This document shows positions 1 through 11,472 of a stretch of 56,979 nucleotides of DNA, in pieces. The first letter of the stretch is position 1. The number at the start of each line of letters is the position of its first letter. This stretch comes from Octopus bimaculoides (taxonomy: Eukaryota). A program made the translations under genes and the position numbers. The notes under the pieces were generated by a model that was not told the DNA's origin, did no database searches, and saw only the letters and a program-made list of their open reading frames with translations. The DNA is taken from the NCBI RefSeq assembly GCF_001194135.2, contig NC_068986.1:96090126-96147104 (forward strand), in the 5' to 3' direction.

Positions 1-23
1 ATATATATATATATATACATATA

Positions 24-152
24 TACGACGGGCTTCTTCCAGTTTCCATCTACTAAATCCACTCACAAGGCTTTGGTCGGCCTGAGGCTATAGTGGAAGA
101 CACTTGCCCAAGGTGCCACACAGTGAGACTGAACCCGGAACCATGTGGTTGG
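24..152 (-). mobile_element. tRNA-derived SINE family A, head fragment
   Basis: Reverse complement of the head seen at 728-880 and 21799-21960 (…GGTTCAGTCTCACTGTGTGGCACCTTGGGCAAGTG…). Confidence 0.85.
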
Positions 153-473
153 CACACACATATATATGTACATACAAAATTAGAAACATACACATACACA
201 TGCACGAGCATACATATAGGTTTATGGGCACAATAACTGAAATGCTGTACTGAATGCCTTGTGGTTTTCCATTTGACTATTAAGAGTTCAAATCCTATTG
301 GAGCCAAGTTTTCCTATCATTCTTTCAAAAGTAATAAACATAGCACCAGTTCAGTACAGGGGGTAATTTTTCTCCTCTTCTGCTCATCTTTGTAAGTGTG
401 TGTGTGTTTGTGTGTGTCTGTCTGCATGAGTGCGCATGTGTGTATGTGCGTGTGTGTCTGTCCCTCTCTCTTT

Positions 474-504
<31 letters not shown>

Positions 505-727
505 CTTCTCTCTATATATCTTTTTGCTTCCTTTCATTTTATTCTCTGTTGGAGAAATCAGCTTAGGTTAGATCAGGAGAGTGAAGGGCTTCGTCAGATT
601 TTATAATGCCTAAGGCATGCTACATTTTATGACTCCATCAGGAGTGGAGGGCCCAAGACATACATACATACATACATACATACATACATACATAATATAT
701 ATATATATATTTGTATAATATATAGAC

Positions 728-1130
728 GCAGGAGTGGTTGTGTGGTAAGTAGCTTGCTTACCAACCACATGGTTCCAGGTTCAGTCCCACTGCGTAGCAC
801 CTTGGGCAAGTGTATTCTACTATAGCCTTGGGCCGACCAAAGCCTTGTGATTTGGTAGACGGAAATTGAGAGAAGCCTGTCGTATATATGTATATACATA
901 TATATGTGTGTGTGTTTATGTGTCTGTGTTTGTCCTCCCCAACATTGCTTGACAACTGATGGTGGTGTGTTTACGTCTCCGTAACTTAGCGGTTCAGCAA
1001 AAGAGACTGATAGAATAAGTACTAGGCTTACAGAGAATATGTCCTGGGGGTCGATTTGCTTGACTAAAGGCGGTGCTCTAGCATGGCCACAGTCAAATGA
1101 CTGAAACAAGTAAAAGAGAGAGTAAAGAGT
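728..1130 (+). mobile_element. tRNA-derived SINE family A, full length
   Basis: A-box-like TGGTTGTGTGG, B-box-like GGTTCAGTCCC, internal (TA/TG)n, tail ending AAGTAAAAGAGAGAGTAAAGAGT; near-identical to 6914-7307, 21799-22205 and 40092-40460. Confidence 0.9.
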
Positions 1131-1949
1131 ATATATGTATATATATATGTGTGTGTGTATATATATATAGATGTATGTATGTATGTACATACATACATAT
1201 ACAGACAGACACACACATACACATGTATGCATATATATACACACATATATATCTACATACACACACACTCACATAAACACATACACATATAATATAAATA
1301 TCTACTGAGATGGGTTTACTTCACACGAGGCTTGAAAATGTGGAACGCATACTATCAAGAGAAGGCAGACTAGACAACAATATATATCAAGATACCAAGA
1401 AGAGGGCAGAAAAAACAGATGCAATGAGTGAAGAGTAGGGAACACATTTTTTTTCTCATGAAAGGCATTTCAACTTCACTTAAACCTTTTACATAAATAT
1501 TTTTTCCAAAATGATAGAAAAAAAAAAAGAACAAGTATAAAACAGTAGGAAAAAGAAAGCAGAAAAAAGAAAATAATAGAGAAGAGAAATAGCATAAATG
1601 AAGAAAGAAAAATATTGATCTAGTATTTTTTTGTTCATCGTCTTTTCTACATATTCTACTCTATTTAAGGTACGATCACATCACATGCTTCTAACAAATT
1701 TCCTTAATGATATCCCGTTGTGTTCTGCTGGTTCATTCATTCCTTTACTCGTTCATTCATTCACCCAACTCTTGCTTCTGCTAGCCAGGAAGGTGCTTTA
1801 TGTAATTAGTTTACTCTTTCTTTCTGTCAGTATATATGTATATATTATATACATATGTATGTATGTATGTATGTATGCAGATACATACATACATACATAC
1901 ATATATTCACAAACACATATATATATACATACATATGTGTGTGTGTATG

Positions 1950-1992
<43 letters not shown>

Positions 1993-2197
1993 TATATTGT
2001 ATTATATTATATATATTTATGTATGTAAAGGTTAAATATATTCAGTGATTCTTAAGGTCTATGTGTGCCTTGCTAACATATATCTGTGTGTGTGTGCGTG
2101 TGCGTGCATGAGCGTGTGTGTGCACATGTGAGTGAACAAATGAAAGGAAGGACTACATGGCACATTTAGCTGATATTATATGATGTATGTATGTATG

Positions 2198-2228
<31 letters not shown>

Positions 2229-2334
2229 TAACACTTGACTCCATCTTACTCAAAGTTTTATGGACACAGAACATGTCTACACCATCAGATGTGAGAAGCA
2301 TCAGAAGATGTGAATGTGTTCACACCCATGGAAC

Positions 2335-2700
2335 CTCAAATAATGCCCCCAGTATGCATTGTAATGTGGTTGGTACTAGGAAGGACATCCAGCTGTAGAA
2401 ACCATGCCAAATCAGACACTGGAGCATGATACAGTCTTTAGACCCATCAGAACCTGCCAACTCATCCATCATTTCCTGCCAGCTTGGAACATGGACACTA
2501 AATTTTGATGATGGTGATGATGATATATGATGTATTTGAGTATGTACATATAATAACACTTTGGTGTCATTCATTATTAATCTTCTGTGAAAATATGTCT
2601 GGAAACAGGTGAGGATTGGTGACCAGAAGAGCATCCATCCGTAGAAAATCTACCTCAATGAATTCCATATGACCTATGCAAGCATGGAAAAGTAGACAAT
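2335..2700 (+). mobile_element. Two degraded RTE-type 3' tails
   Basis: AGGAAGGACATCCAGCTGTAGAAA…GCATGGA…GATGAT motif shared with the LINE end at 12540-12688. Confidence 0.7.
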
Positions 2701-3670
2701 AGTGCATGTGTTTTTATTGGCTAAACTGGCAATATGATCATCCCCAAATATATATATATATATATATAGATAGATAGAAATGGCAACAAAAGAAAGAAAG
2801 AGACCTCGATTTTATGTAAATAGAGGAATTTATCTGTAAAAGTATGTGACACTTATTTGGTAGCCATGATAAAACTCCAAGTTTCAGTATCCAAATCTTG
2901 GAGTTTTATCATGGCTACCGAATAAGTATATATATATATATATATATNNNNNNNNNNNNNNNNNNNNNNNNNNNNNNNNNNNNNNNNNNNNNNNNNNNNN
3001 NNNNNNNNNNNNNNNNNNNNNNNNNNNNNNNNNNNNNNNNNNNNNNNNNNNNNNNNNNNNNNNNNNNNNNNNNNNNNNNNNNNNNNNNNNNNNNNNNNNN
3101 NNNNATATATATAGTTTTACCAGTTTATTGAAAAATACCTGGTGTATTTTTAATGCACTATTTTCACAACAATAAATAAAATCAAGTCACATGATCTCAG
3201 TTCATGACTATTTCAGATCTGCATTGAAAATGATGAAGAGTTTGTGAACATTTGTTGTTACTCTCAAAAGTTCAATGGTCATGAAAGGGAAACCGCTTGA
3301 GGTGTTTCTGTTCACTTTTAAAACAGCTATTGAATTCTTCCAAGATTCTAATTTTGTTCTCTGTGATGAAGTAGGAAACATCAAGCATAACATTGCTTAC
3401 ATGGCAGTTGCATTTACAAAGTTTAATGAAGTTAATTTGCAACTTCAAGGAAATGAGATTAAACCTTATCAAAGAAAAATTTATCCGCTCTACGTTTCTA
3501 TCCAAATTGCAGTTATTCAAACAATAATATAAGCCGTTGTGAATTCGTCCATTTTCCAAGTCTCTCTGAACTGGAGAAGGAAAAGAACACAATAGTAGAT
3601 GACCTTCAAATGTAATATTCACACATGGATGAACTGCAGAGACATATCTGACAGATTTCAGGATCTTTTT

Positions 3671-4197
3671 GGGATCTTTTTTAAAATGGGGGCCACATTT
3701 TTCATTAACGAAACACTTTGAAACTTGGAACACTGGTAGAATGTGTCATATAAAACATCTTTTTCTCTTAGTCTTCTTTAAAAAAAAAGAAATCCATAAG
3801 TTATTCCATGTTAAAGTTGTCGTATTTCTGTAATTTCAACCAATCACTGACGTCCATTCAGCTGATATACATTAAGTGCCGACTACATAAACAAACGATT
3901 CTGAAACAATTAACCCTAACCCTAACCCTAACCCTAGGGTTAGGGTTAGGGTTAAAGCAAATTTAAAATAAAAAAAGCAAATAAAACGAAGGTATGGAGA
4001 TTAAATACGTTTTACACCGCTTAATCAGCCAAAGGAGTAAATNNNNNNNNNNACATGAAATAAATTTGAATACAAAAATATTTTTCTGTTCTATAACACA
4101 AAATAGATAAGTATACGAAGTTTGAAAGTCTTTCCGTACCAAAAACACTACGTAAAATATTAATGAAAAATGTGGCCCCCGTTTTAAAATAGATCCT
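3671..4197. mobile_element. MITE with 37-bp TIRs nested in the hAT transposase
   Basis: TIRs 3672-3708 and 4160-4196 match at 35/37 positions. Flanks duplicate (T)CTTTTT (6-7 bp). Removing the insert restores the transposase frame QDLF-SLTIQEW. Confidence 0.9.
3910..3955. repeat. Telomeric-repeat palindrome (TAACCC)4-TA-(GGGTTA)3
   Basis: Perfect 38-bp palindrome at 3917-3954 centred on CCCTAGGG. Confidence 0.95.
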
Positions 4198-5589
4198 CTT
4201 TTTTCACTTACCATACAAGAATGGGTGTTCAATCCATTCTTAGATATCAGTAATGAGGAAATAGAAATAGTGGAGAAAGAACTGGTTTCACTTCAAAATG
4301 ATATTGAGCTGAGACTACAGTTTTAAAAAATCATATTAAAATTTTTAGTTACCAAAAAAACAAAAAAAAAAAACAATCACATTTCTTACTGCTTCTCTGC
4401 ACTGTAGAACAAAGTCAAAATGTACATTATTGCCTTCCCAATGTCACATTTAGTAGAGTGTGTACAATTACCTGACTTCCTTCAGAGCAAAGAAACTAAT
4501 TAAAAATTATTGAACGCAGGGATCTAAGACTACTTATAAGTACCATTTCAGCCTGATGTTGAGAAGCTACCAAGTACTTCCATCCCATTAAAAATGTGAA
4601 ATATAGATTTACTATTTCATATTGTGAAAATGGCAAAATAAATGGGTTTAGCAGTCCAAGTTTTATTTGTGAATATGGTTGTTTTGAATTTGCAAAAGAA
4701 AGAGGTGTATGCTTGTATGTGTGTGTGTGGAGCATTAAGGGACATTTCTTGGGAGTTAAGGGTGAGCAACCTGAAAATATTTCAGAACCACTGAGTTAGA
4801 GGAATATACTATTGAGGTATTGTTGCCATTTTGTTTTACAGATGGATGGCCTTCCTGTTGTTAACTCTTATTTTTCAAACAAGGAATCATCTTCAAAGAC
4901 ACAAGGCTGGTGAATGACTTGCTGATGGGGTAAATTATTGCAACATCACCACTTACAGCTCAGCGATTTTCAGAGAAGTACAAATGGAAACAAATACAGA
5001 AATAAACATGTGCACATGAGCACATGAGTGTGCATGAGCACACATGTACATACACACACGCACACACACACACACATACACACACTCTCTCTCTCTATCA
5101 ACTATATGTTGGATGAAGATACATTATCTAGTAGAAACAAGTGCTCCTTCTCTCTAAAATGTATTTCTATTACAGTAACTGTACTAAGGCAGGTTGTTTT
5201 CTCTGTAGCATAGGAAACTTCATGTATCTCTACACATTATCCTAGAAAACTTATATTATATCAACAGGGGTTTACTCTGAGTGCACATATTTTAGATGGG
5301 TTCCCTTCAAGTTAGTATGTGAAGTAACAATAGTAACAAGGTTCATACCACTAAGACGAGCATGAAAGCCTTAAGGTCATTACAGCAAAGACCGAAGTGT
5401 GAGGTAGTACCAAAGTGCAAGATCCAAGTACCATCATGGAGGTGATGTTACATTATGTGGACGAGGATAATAACTCAATACTGTACATGTAGTTCAAATA
5501 ACTGATACACTGATAAAGATCCAATAGGAAATTAGTAAATCAGCAGACAATCAGAACTTTCATGTATTTGATATTTAAAATCTCTTCAG

Positions 5590-6365
5590 AAAGTTTTACC
5601 AGATTTCACACTGATATGGTTTCTCTCCATTATGAATAATATTTTGCTTTGCTAAGGCAGCAGTTCTTGTGAAGGCTTTGTCACAAATGTCATATTTGTA
5701 CTTTTTTACTCTAATATGGATTACTACATGTCACTTTAATCCATTATTTCTTGAGGAGGTTTTACCACAAATATATCAGCGGAATAGTTTTTCTCCTGTG
5801 TGAATCATTTCATAAGTCAAGCTAGTTTTTCTCCAGAATGCTTTGTCACCAAAGTTACATTTGTAAAATTTATCTCCGGAATGAAGCTCTAAATGTTGCT
5901 TTAATATAGCAAAACATGAGAAAGTTTTCCCACAGGTTTCACAGTTGTTGGGCTTTTCTCTTGAATGTATTAATACATGTTTGTTAAAATGACCCCTTCT
6001 GAAAAAAGCTTAATCACAAATTTCTTAGTGGTAGGGTCTCTCTTCAGTGTGAACACTTTTATGCAAAATTTAATGTAGATTTTACTGAAAATGCTTTAAC
6101 ACAAATGTTACATGTTCATTTTTTTTCTCCTGTATGAACCAATTTATATTACTTTAATATACTACTGTATGAGAATGTTTTACTACAGATATCACCACAA
6201 TATTGCTTTTCTCCAGAATGAACCATTTTAATGCATGATTATTTTATTAAGTTAAATCACAAATTTCACAGTTGAATGTCTTCTTACCTGTGTGAATCAT
6301 TTGATGTGTAGTTAAACTCGTTTTTCCTGAAAATGCTTTTCACAAATGTCACATTTGTATATCTT
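5590..6365 (-). pseudogene. Degenerate C2H2 zinc-finger array (about 10 fingers)
   Basis: The minus strand reads YKCDICEK/AFSGKTSLTTHQMIHTGKKTFNCEICD…MVHSGEKQYCGDICSKTF…HKSVHTEERPYH*EICD…HVLIHSREKPNNCETCGKTF…IIHNGEKPYQCEI, with ~84-bp periodicity and multiple stops and frameshifts. Confidence 0.9.
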
Positions 6366-6913
6366 ATTTCCAGTATCAGCTACTCCGTCATGAGCTAGTA
6401 TATCTGTGTGTTTGCTGACGACCAACTTCATGTGGTTGGTCATCAGAAAGAAGGATGCTGTGTCCTTAAATTGAATGAAAAATCATGCTGGCAGCATGTA
6501 TTATAAATAAGGCAAACTTACAAATGTTCAACCATATTTTATTGATAGAAAACTGTGCATATAAATGCACAAATTACCACAGATTCACATGTTATCAGAT
6601 TAGTGAGTATGAATAAATTTACTGCATTAGCTTAGACATTCGTTACCTGGAAGAGAAAAATGTAGATAGAAAACTGCTGCACATTGTTAAAGTTTGGAGA
6701 AGAGAACCATGATGTCTTGTTAGAAGGTTAGCAGTGGACTGCTCTGATCTGTCTTGATTGAAGGTTAGCTGTAGTCTGCTATGAGTTAGGCTCCAAAGTG
6801 TTTAACTAGGGTAAAAGGGTGCAAAACAAGAATATTTGAGAAAACCATATCACATCACAGCTTCACTCTGACTGGTCAATTTGTAGATCAATCATGTGAA
6901 ACTGTAATGGTAT

Positions 6914-7307
6914 CTCTTTTACTCTTTTACTTGTTTCAGTCATTTGACAGCGGCCATGCTGGAGCACTGCCTTTAGTCGAATCAAATCGACCCCAGGACT
7001 TATTCTTTGTAAGCCTAGTACTTATTCTATCGGTCTCTTTTTGCCAAACCGCTAAGTTATGGGGACGTAAACACACCAGCATCGGTTGTCAAGCGATGGT
7101 GGGGGGACAAACACAGACACACAAACATATATATATATACATATATACGACGGGCTTCTTTTCAGTTTCCGTCTACCAAATCCACTCACAAGGCTTTGGT
7201 CGGCCCGGGGCTATAGTAGAATACACTTGCCCAAGGTGCCACGCAGTGGAACTGAACCCGGAACCATGTGGCTGGTAAGCAAGCTACTTACCACACAGCC
7301 ACTCCTG
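6914..7307 (-). mobile_element. SINE family A, young CpG-rich copy between ZNF segments
   Basis: Reverse complement of 728-1130; most CpGs retained. Confidence 0.9.
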
Positions 7308-7334
7308 TTTATTTTGTAGTTAGGGTTTGAATCC

Positions 7335-7950
7335 CATTATAATAATTGATTGCTTTATTAAAGCATTATATGCAAAAGTTTTACCACAGATTTCACAATG
7401 GAATGGTCTCTTTAAAAAAAATGGAAATTTACCTTCTTGAGTCATACTGACTCAAAAGGGCTGGTTTCCTGGTTTCCTGGTGATTTCCCACCTGGATGGG
7501 ATGCTGGTCCATCACAGGATTACTCATTTTTGCCAGCTGAATGAACCGGAGCAATGTGAAATGAATTGTTTTTGCTCAAGAACACAATATGTTGCCCAGT
7601 CAAGGAATCAAAACCACAATCTTGCGATCATGAGACCAAAATTCTTACCACTAAGCCATGTGCTTCCACAAATGGTCTCTTATGCCTATATGAATCAATT
7701 TATACATCTTTAGGTTAAAATTACTTTTGAAATGCTTACCACAAACATCATGGTGGAATGGTTTCTCTCTGGTGTGAATACTTTTATGCAGCTTTAGACT
7801 AGAATTACTTTTGAAAACTTTACCCCAAATATTGCAGCCACACAGTTTCTCAAGTATATCAGCAAATGTGTCTCCTGATAACTATTATACATGAATGCCT
7901 TACCATGTATATTGCACTGATATCGTTTCTTTTCAGTATGAGTTACAAAG
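7335..7950 (-). pseudogene. Degenerate C2H2 zinc-finger array, upstream segment (about 4 fingers), interrupted by a SINE
   Basis: The minus strand reads HTEKKRYQCNIHGKAF…GCNIWGKVFKSNSSLKLHKSIHTREKPFHHDVCGKHF…LIHIG…[SINE]…RPFHCEICGKTF. Confidence 0.85.
7413..7670 (-). mobile_element. tRNA-derived SINE family C (CORE-like domain) with 11-bp TSD
   Basis: TSD AATGGTCTCTT at 7402-7412 and 7671-7681. Head TGGCTTAGTGG. Central TGTGTTCTTGAGCAAAAAC…ATTTCACATTGCTCC resembles 23590-23660; the CORE assignment is from memory. Confidence 0.85.
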
Positions 7951-8033
7951 ACAGTTTCTCTTCAGCTTAAGTTTATAAGCTATGAATTAAAATGTGAAAT
8001 ATATCAAAACATTTTACTCCAAATTTCATAATG

Positions 8034-8078
<45 letters not shown>

Positions 8079-8107
8079 ATTCTTTTATTCAACCTCTCTA
8101 GTGCTAA

Positions 8108-8371
8108 TATCCCCAAAACATGCCCAGAACTCTCTGTTAAGTGGTCAATGATAGGAAGGGCATCCAACTGTAGAAACCAAGCCAAATATTATATGTAAGC
8201 ACCAGCCTATGATGATGATGATGATGTGCGTGTATATGTATGTATATATGCATATATATATATATATGAGCCTGGTGTTGCCATCCGGTTTCACCAGTCC
8301 TCAGTCAAATCGTCCAACCCATGCTAGCATGGAAAGCGGACGTTAAACGATGATGATGATGATGATGATGA
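8108..8371 (+). mobile_element. RTE-type 3' tail fragments (8108-8225, 8267-8371)
   Basis: 8267-8371 is essentially identical to the LINE end at 12586-12688, including CCATGCTAGCATGG and (GAT)n. Confidence 0.85.
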
Positions 8372-8598
8372 TATATTATTTATATTATTATTTGATTGAA
8401 CGCCACGCATCCATTTCCACGTAAGTTTAACTCAATATATTTGATGTGACTCTATCCTTTACTGTTTTCTCTGTCTCCCTTTTGTTTTCTCTCTTATCCT
8501 TTCTCTAATTCTTTTTTCTCCCCTTCACCATTTTCTGTCTGTCTGTCTCTCCCTCTTCCTCCATTACTCTCTCTCATTGCTCACACGTGACCTTCGTC

Positions 8599-8656
8599 CA
8601 TCTTTCCTTTCCTCACGTGATCATCTTTCCTTTCCTCACGTGATCATCTTTCCTTT
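8599..8656. repeat. 23-bp tandem repeat x2.5
   Basis: Unit CATCTTTCCTTTCCTCACGTGAT. Confidence 0.85.
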
Positions 8657-8810
8657 ACTTCAGTCTGTCGTGCAGTCCAGACGCATTCCTAGCTGTCTCT
8701 TATCCTATCTTTTCTCTTATCAAAGGATCTTCTTCCAGCGTTCGCTACCTTACCTCGTCTGAGCCTAACAGCCCTCCTTGTTTGTCTTCATTTTGTTTGG
8801 TTTGTTGTAT

Positions 8811-8815
8811 GTGTA

Positions 8816-8869
<54 letters not shown>

Positions 8870-9989
8870 AGAGAGAAAGTGAGAGAGAGTGAGTATGAAA
8901 GAGACAGAGAGTGAGAGAGAGAATGAGAGAGAGTCAGTGAGAGAGAGAGTGAGTGAGAGAAAGAGTGAGAAAGGGGGTGAGTGAGTGAGAAAGAAAGAAA
9001 GAGTGAGTGAGAAAGAAAGAAAGAGTGAGAGAGTGAGTGAGTGAGCATGTGAGTGAGTGAGAGAAAGAGAGTGATTGAGTGAGTGAGTAAGTGAGTGAGA
9101 GAGTGAGTGAGCGAGCATGTGAGTGAGTGAGAGAGTGAGTGAACGAGTGTGTGAGTGAGTGAGTGAATGAGTGAGTGAGTGAGAGAGTGAGTGAGCGAGT
9201 GAGTGAGTAAGTGTGTGTGTGAGTGAGTGAGTGAGAGAGTGAGTGAANNNNNNNNNNNNNNNNNNNNNNNNNNNNNNNNNNNNNNNNNNNNNNNNNNNNN
9301 NNNNNNNNNNNNNNNNNNNNNNNNNNNNNNNNNNNNNNNNNNNNNNNNNNNNNNNNNNNNNNNNNNNNNNNNNNNNNNNNNNNNNNNNNNNNNNNNNNNN
9401 NNNNNNNNNNNNNNNNNNNNNNNNNNNNNNNNNNNNNNNNNNNNNNNNNNNNNNNNNNNNNNNNNNNNNNNNNNNNNNNNNNNNNNNNNNNNNNNNNNNN
9501 NNNNNNNNNNNNNNNNNNNNNNNNNNNNNNNNNNNNNNNNNNNNNNNNNNNNNNNNNNNNNNNNNNNNNNNNNNNNNNNNNNNNNNNNNNNNNNNNNNNN
9601 NNNNNNNNNNNNNNNNNNNNNNNNNNNNNNNNNNNNNNNNNNNNNNNNNNNNNNNNNNNNNNNNNNNNNNNNNNNNNNNNNNNNNNNNNNNNNNNNNNNN
9701 NNNNNNNNNNNNNNNNNNNNNNNNNNNNNNNNNNNNNNNNNNNNNNNNNNNNNNNNNNNNNNNNNNNNNNNNNNNNNNNNNNNNNNNNNNNNNNNNNNNN
9801 NNNNNNNNNNNNNNNNNNNNNNNNNNNNNNNNNNNNNNNNNNNNNNNNNNNNNNNNNNNNNNNNNNNNNNNNNNNNNNNNNNNNNNNNNNNNNNNNNNNN
9901 NNNNNNNNNNNNNNNNNNNNNNNNNNNNNNNNNNNNNNNNNNNNNNNNNNNNNNNNNNNNNNNNNNNNNNNNNNNNNNNNNNNNNNNNN

Positions 9990-10060
<71 letters not shown>
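8811..10060. repeat. Compound (GT)n/(GA)n/(GAGT)n microsatellite spanning an N gap
   Basis: Directly visible. Confidence 0.95.
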
Positions 10061-10061
<1 letters not shown>

Positions 10062-11472
10062 ATGAAATATTCTATACCCTGAAGTAATTGTTCTGACTGG
10101 GACCACATTAGGAAATTTTTGCTCAAGGTGTTGCACACTAGGTTCAAACTCAGAGGCACTTGATTGTAAATTGAACTTCTTAACCTCTTAATAACACTTG
10201 GCAATGTGCCTAACCACCATTAAAATCTTGACCACATATCCTGCAATAATAGTATAATGTCCATAGACAGGATATTACTATACTTGACCCAAACTGGACT
10301 TCTTAGATCTGGGTTGACTGACCTGTGTTGCTGGTTTGATTGACTTTTTCTGTTCTTAGTTTTCCTGAAAACTAATTGGGAGATACTTAACAACTACAAC
10401 AACAGTAGCAGCAGCTGCAACAACAATAACAACAACAACAACAATGCTATCTATAAAAAGCTAATGAAGCAGCCTGTATATGGTTGTTCAATATGCAAGA
10501 AATAACAACCAAATCTACCTTATTTTACATCTCACTGTCTTAATAAAGGGAAAAGAATCTGAAGTCTTAGATATTGACCAAAATAATTAAGCAACTTAAT
10601 GATAATGAGCCAGTCAGAGAACCTCTATATTGTCCCTCTGCCTTCTAGTACAACACCTAAGTCTCCCTTAAATCACTCTACCATGTAGTAAAAACGAACA
10701 TACAGGGTACCTGGAAAAAATGGGAAGTTCATGGCTGGAATTGCACTGACCTGTACTAAACAACATTAATAACTTTATAGACACAACCATCACCACCAAC
10801 AATAACAACAACAATAACATCAACAACTCTATTTCTGTTAACAATACAACAGGTGAGGTAATGAGAAAGCTTGTTATAGTGGTTGCTCAGTCTTTTATCC
10901 ATGTAGTTGTTCAGTCTTATCTATGTAGCTACTCAGTCTGTTAGCTTTGTGGTTGCTCAGTTTGTTAACTTTGTAGCTGCTCACTTTGCTATAAATGTAG
11001 CTACTCAGTACCTAATATATGTGACTGCTCTGTAAGTTATCAATGTAGCTCAGTTTGTTATCTATATAGCACTCAGTATCTAATTTATGTAGCTGCTCAG
11101 TCTGTTACCTATGCAGCTGCTCAATCTGTTATCTGTGTGGCTTCTCAGTCTCCTTGAGTTATTTGTGTGTCTGTTCAATCTATCTAAATTATTGCCCACT
11201 GCACTGTTTATGTGGCTGCACAGTTTGTCATCTATGTAGCTATTCAGACTATTATTTTTATGGTGCTCAGTCTGTTCTCTATGTGGTTGCTCACTAAGTT
11301 ATCTGACTGCTAATTTTGTGATGTATGTAGCTGCTCAGTCAATTATTAGTGTTGATGCTCAGTCTGTTATCAATTTAACAGTTAAATCTGTATCTATATG
11401 GCTACTCAGTCTGTTATCAATGCAGTGATGCAGTCTGTTATTTCATGTGCAGCCCAGTCTGTTTTCAATGTG

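Larger units (their letters stand above)
3140..4793 (+). mobile_element. Fossil hAT transposon (Charlie/Buster, FAM200/SCAND3-like transposase), 3' half
   Basis: Frameshifted translation gives ENDEEF…LLLLSKVQWS*KGNRLRCF (HTEVRWLSKG-type motif), IKHNIAYM…FTKFNEVNLQLQGN, RFQDLF|SLTIQEWVFNPF, ELVSLQNDIEL, IIAFPMSHLVE, DLRL. Ends in CAGAACCACTG (reverse complement CAGTGGTTCTG, Charlie-type TIR) followed by the 8-mer AGTTAGAG (NNNTANNN). Confidence 0.85.

Noticed and set aside
728-800. tRNA genes at SINE heads
   Set aside because: A/B boxes are present, but I could not fold a cloverleaf and the heads continue into SINE bodies.
1631-2398. ORFs rich in YV/CV/HT/IY (also around 14.3-15.1, 29.1-29.5, 45.3-45.7 and 53.0-54.4 kb)
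   Set aside because: They are translations of (TA)n, (TG)n and (TATG)n microsatellites, which lack stops in some frames.
3910-3955. Ancient chromosome end-to-end fusion site
   Set aside because: A fusion gives (TTAGGG)n-(CCCTAA)n. Here the order is reversed, the tract is very short, and it sits inside a TIR element.
8765-10204. Long ORFs of 280-480 aa (also at 11.4-12.6, 14.5-15.2 and 37.8-38.9 kb)
   Set aside because: Their length comes from N gaps translated as X.
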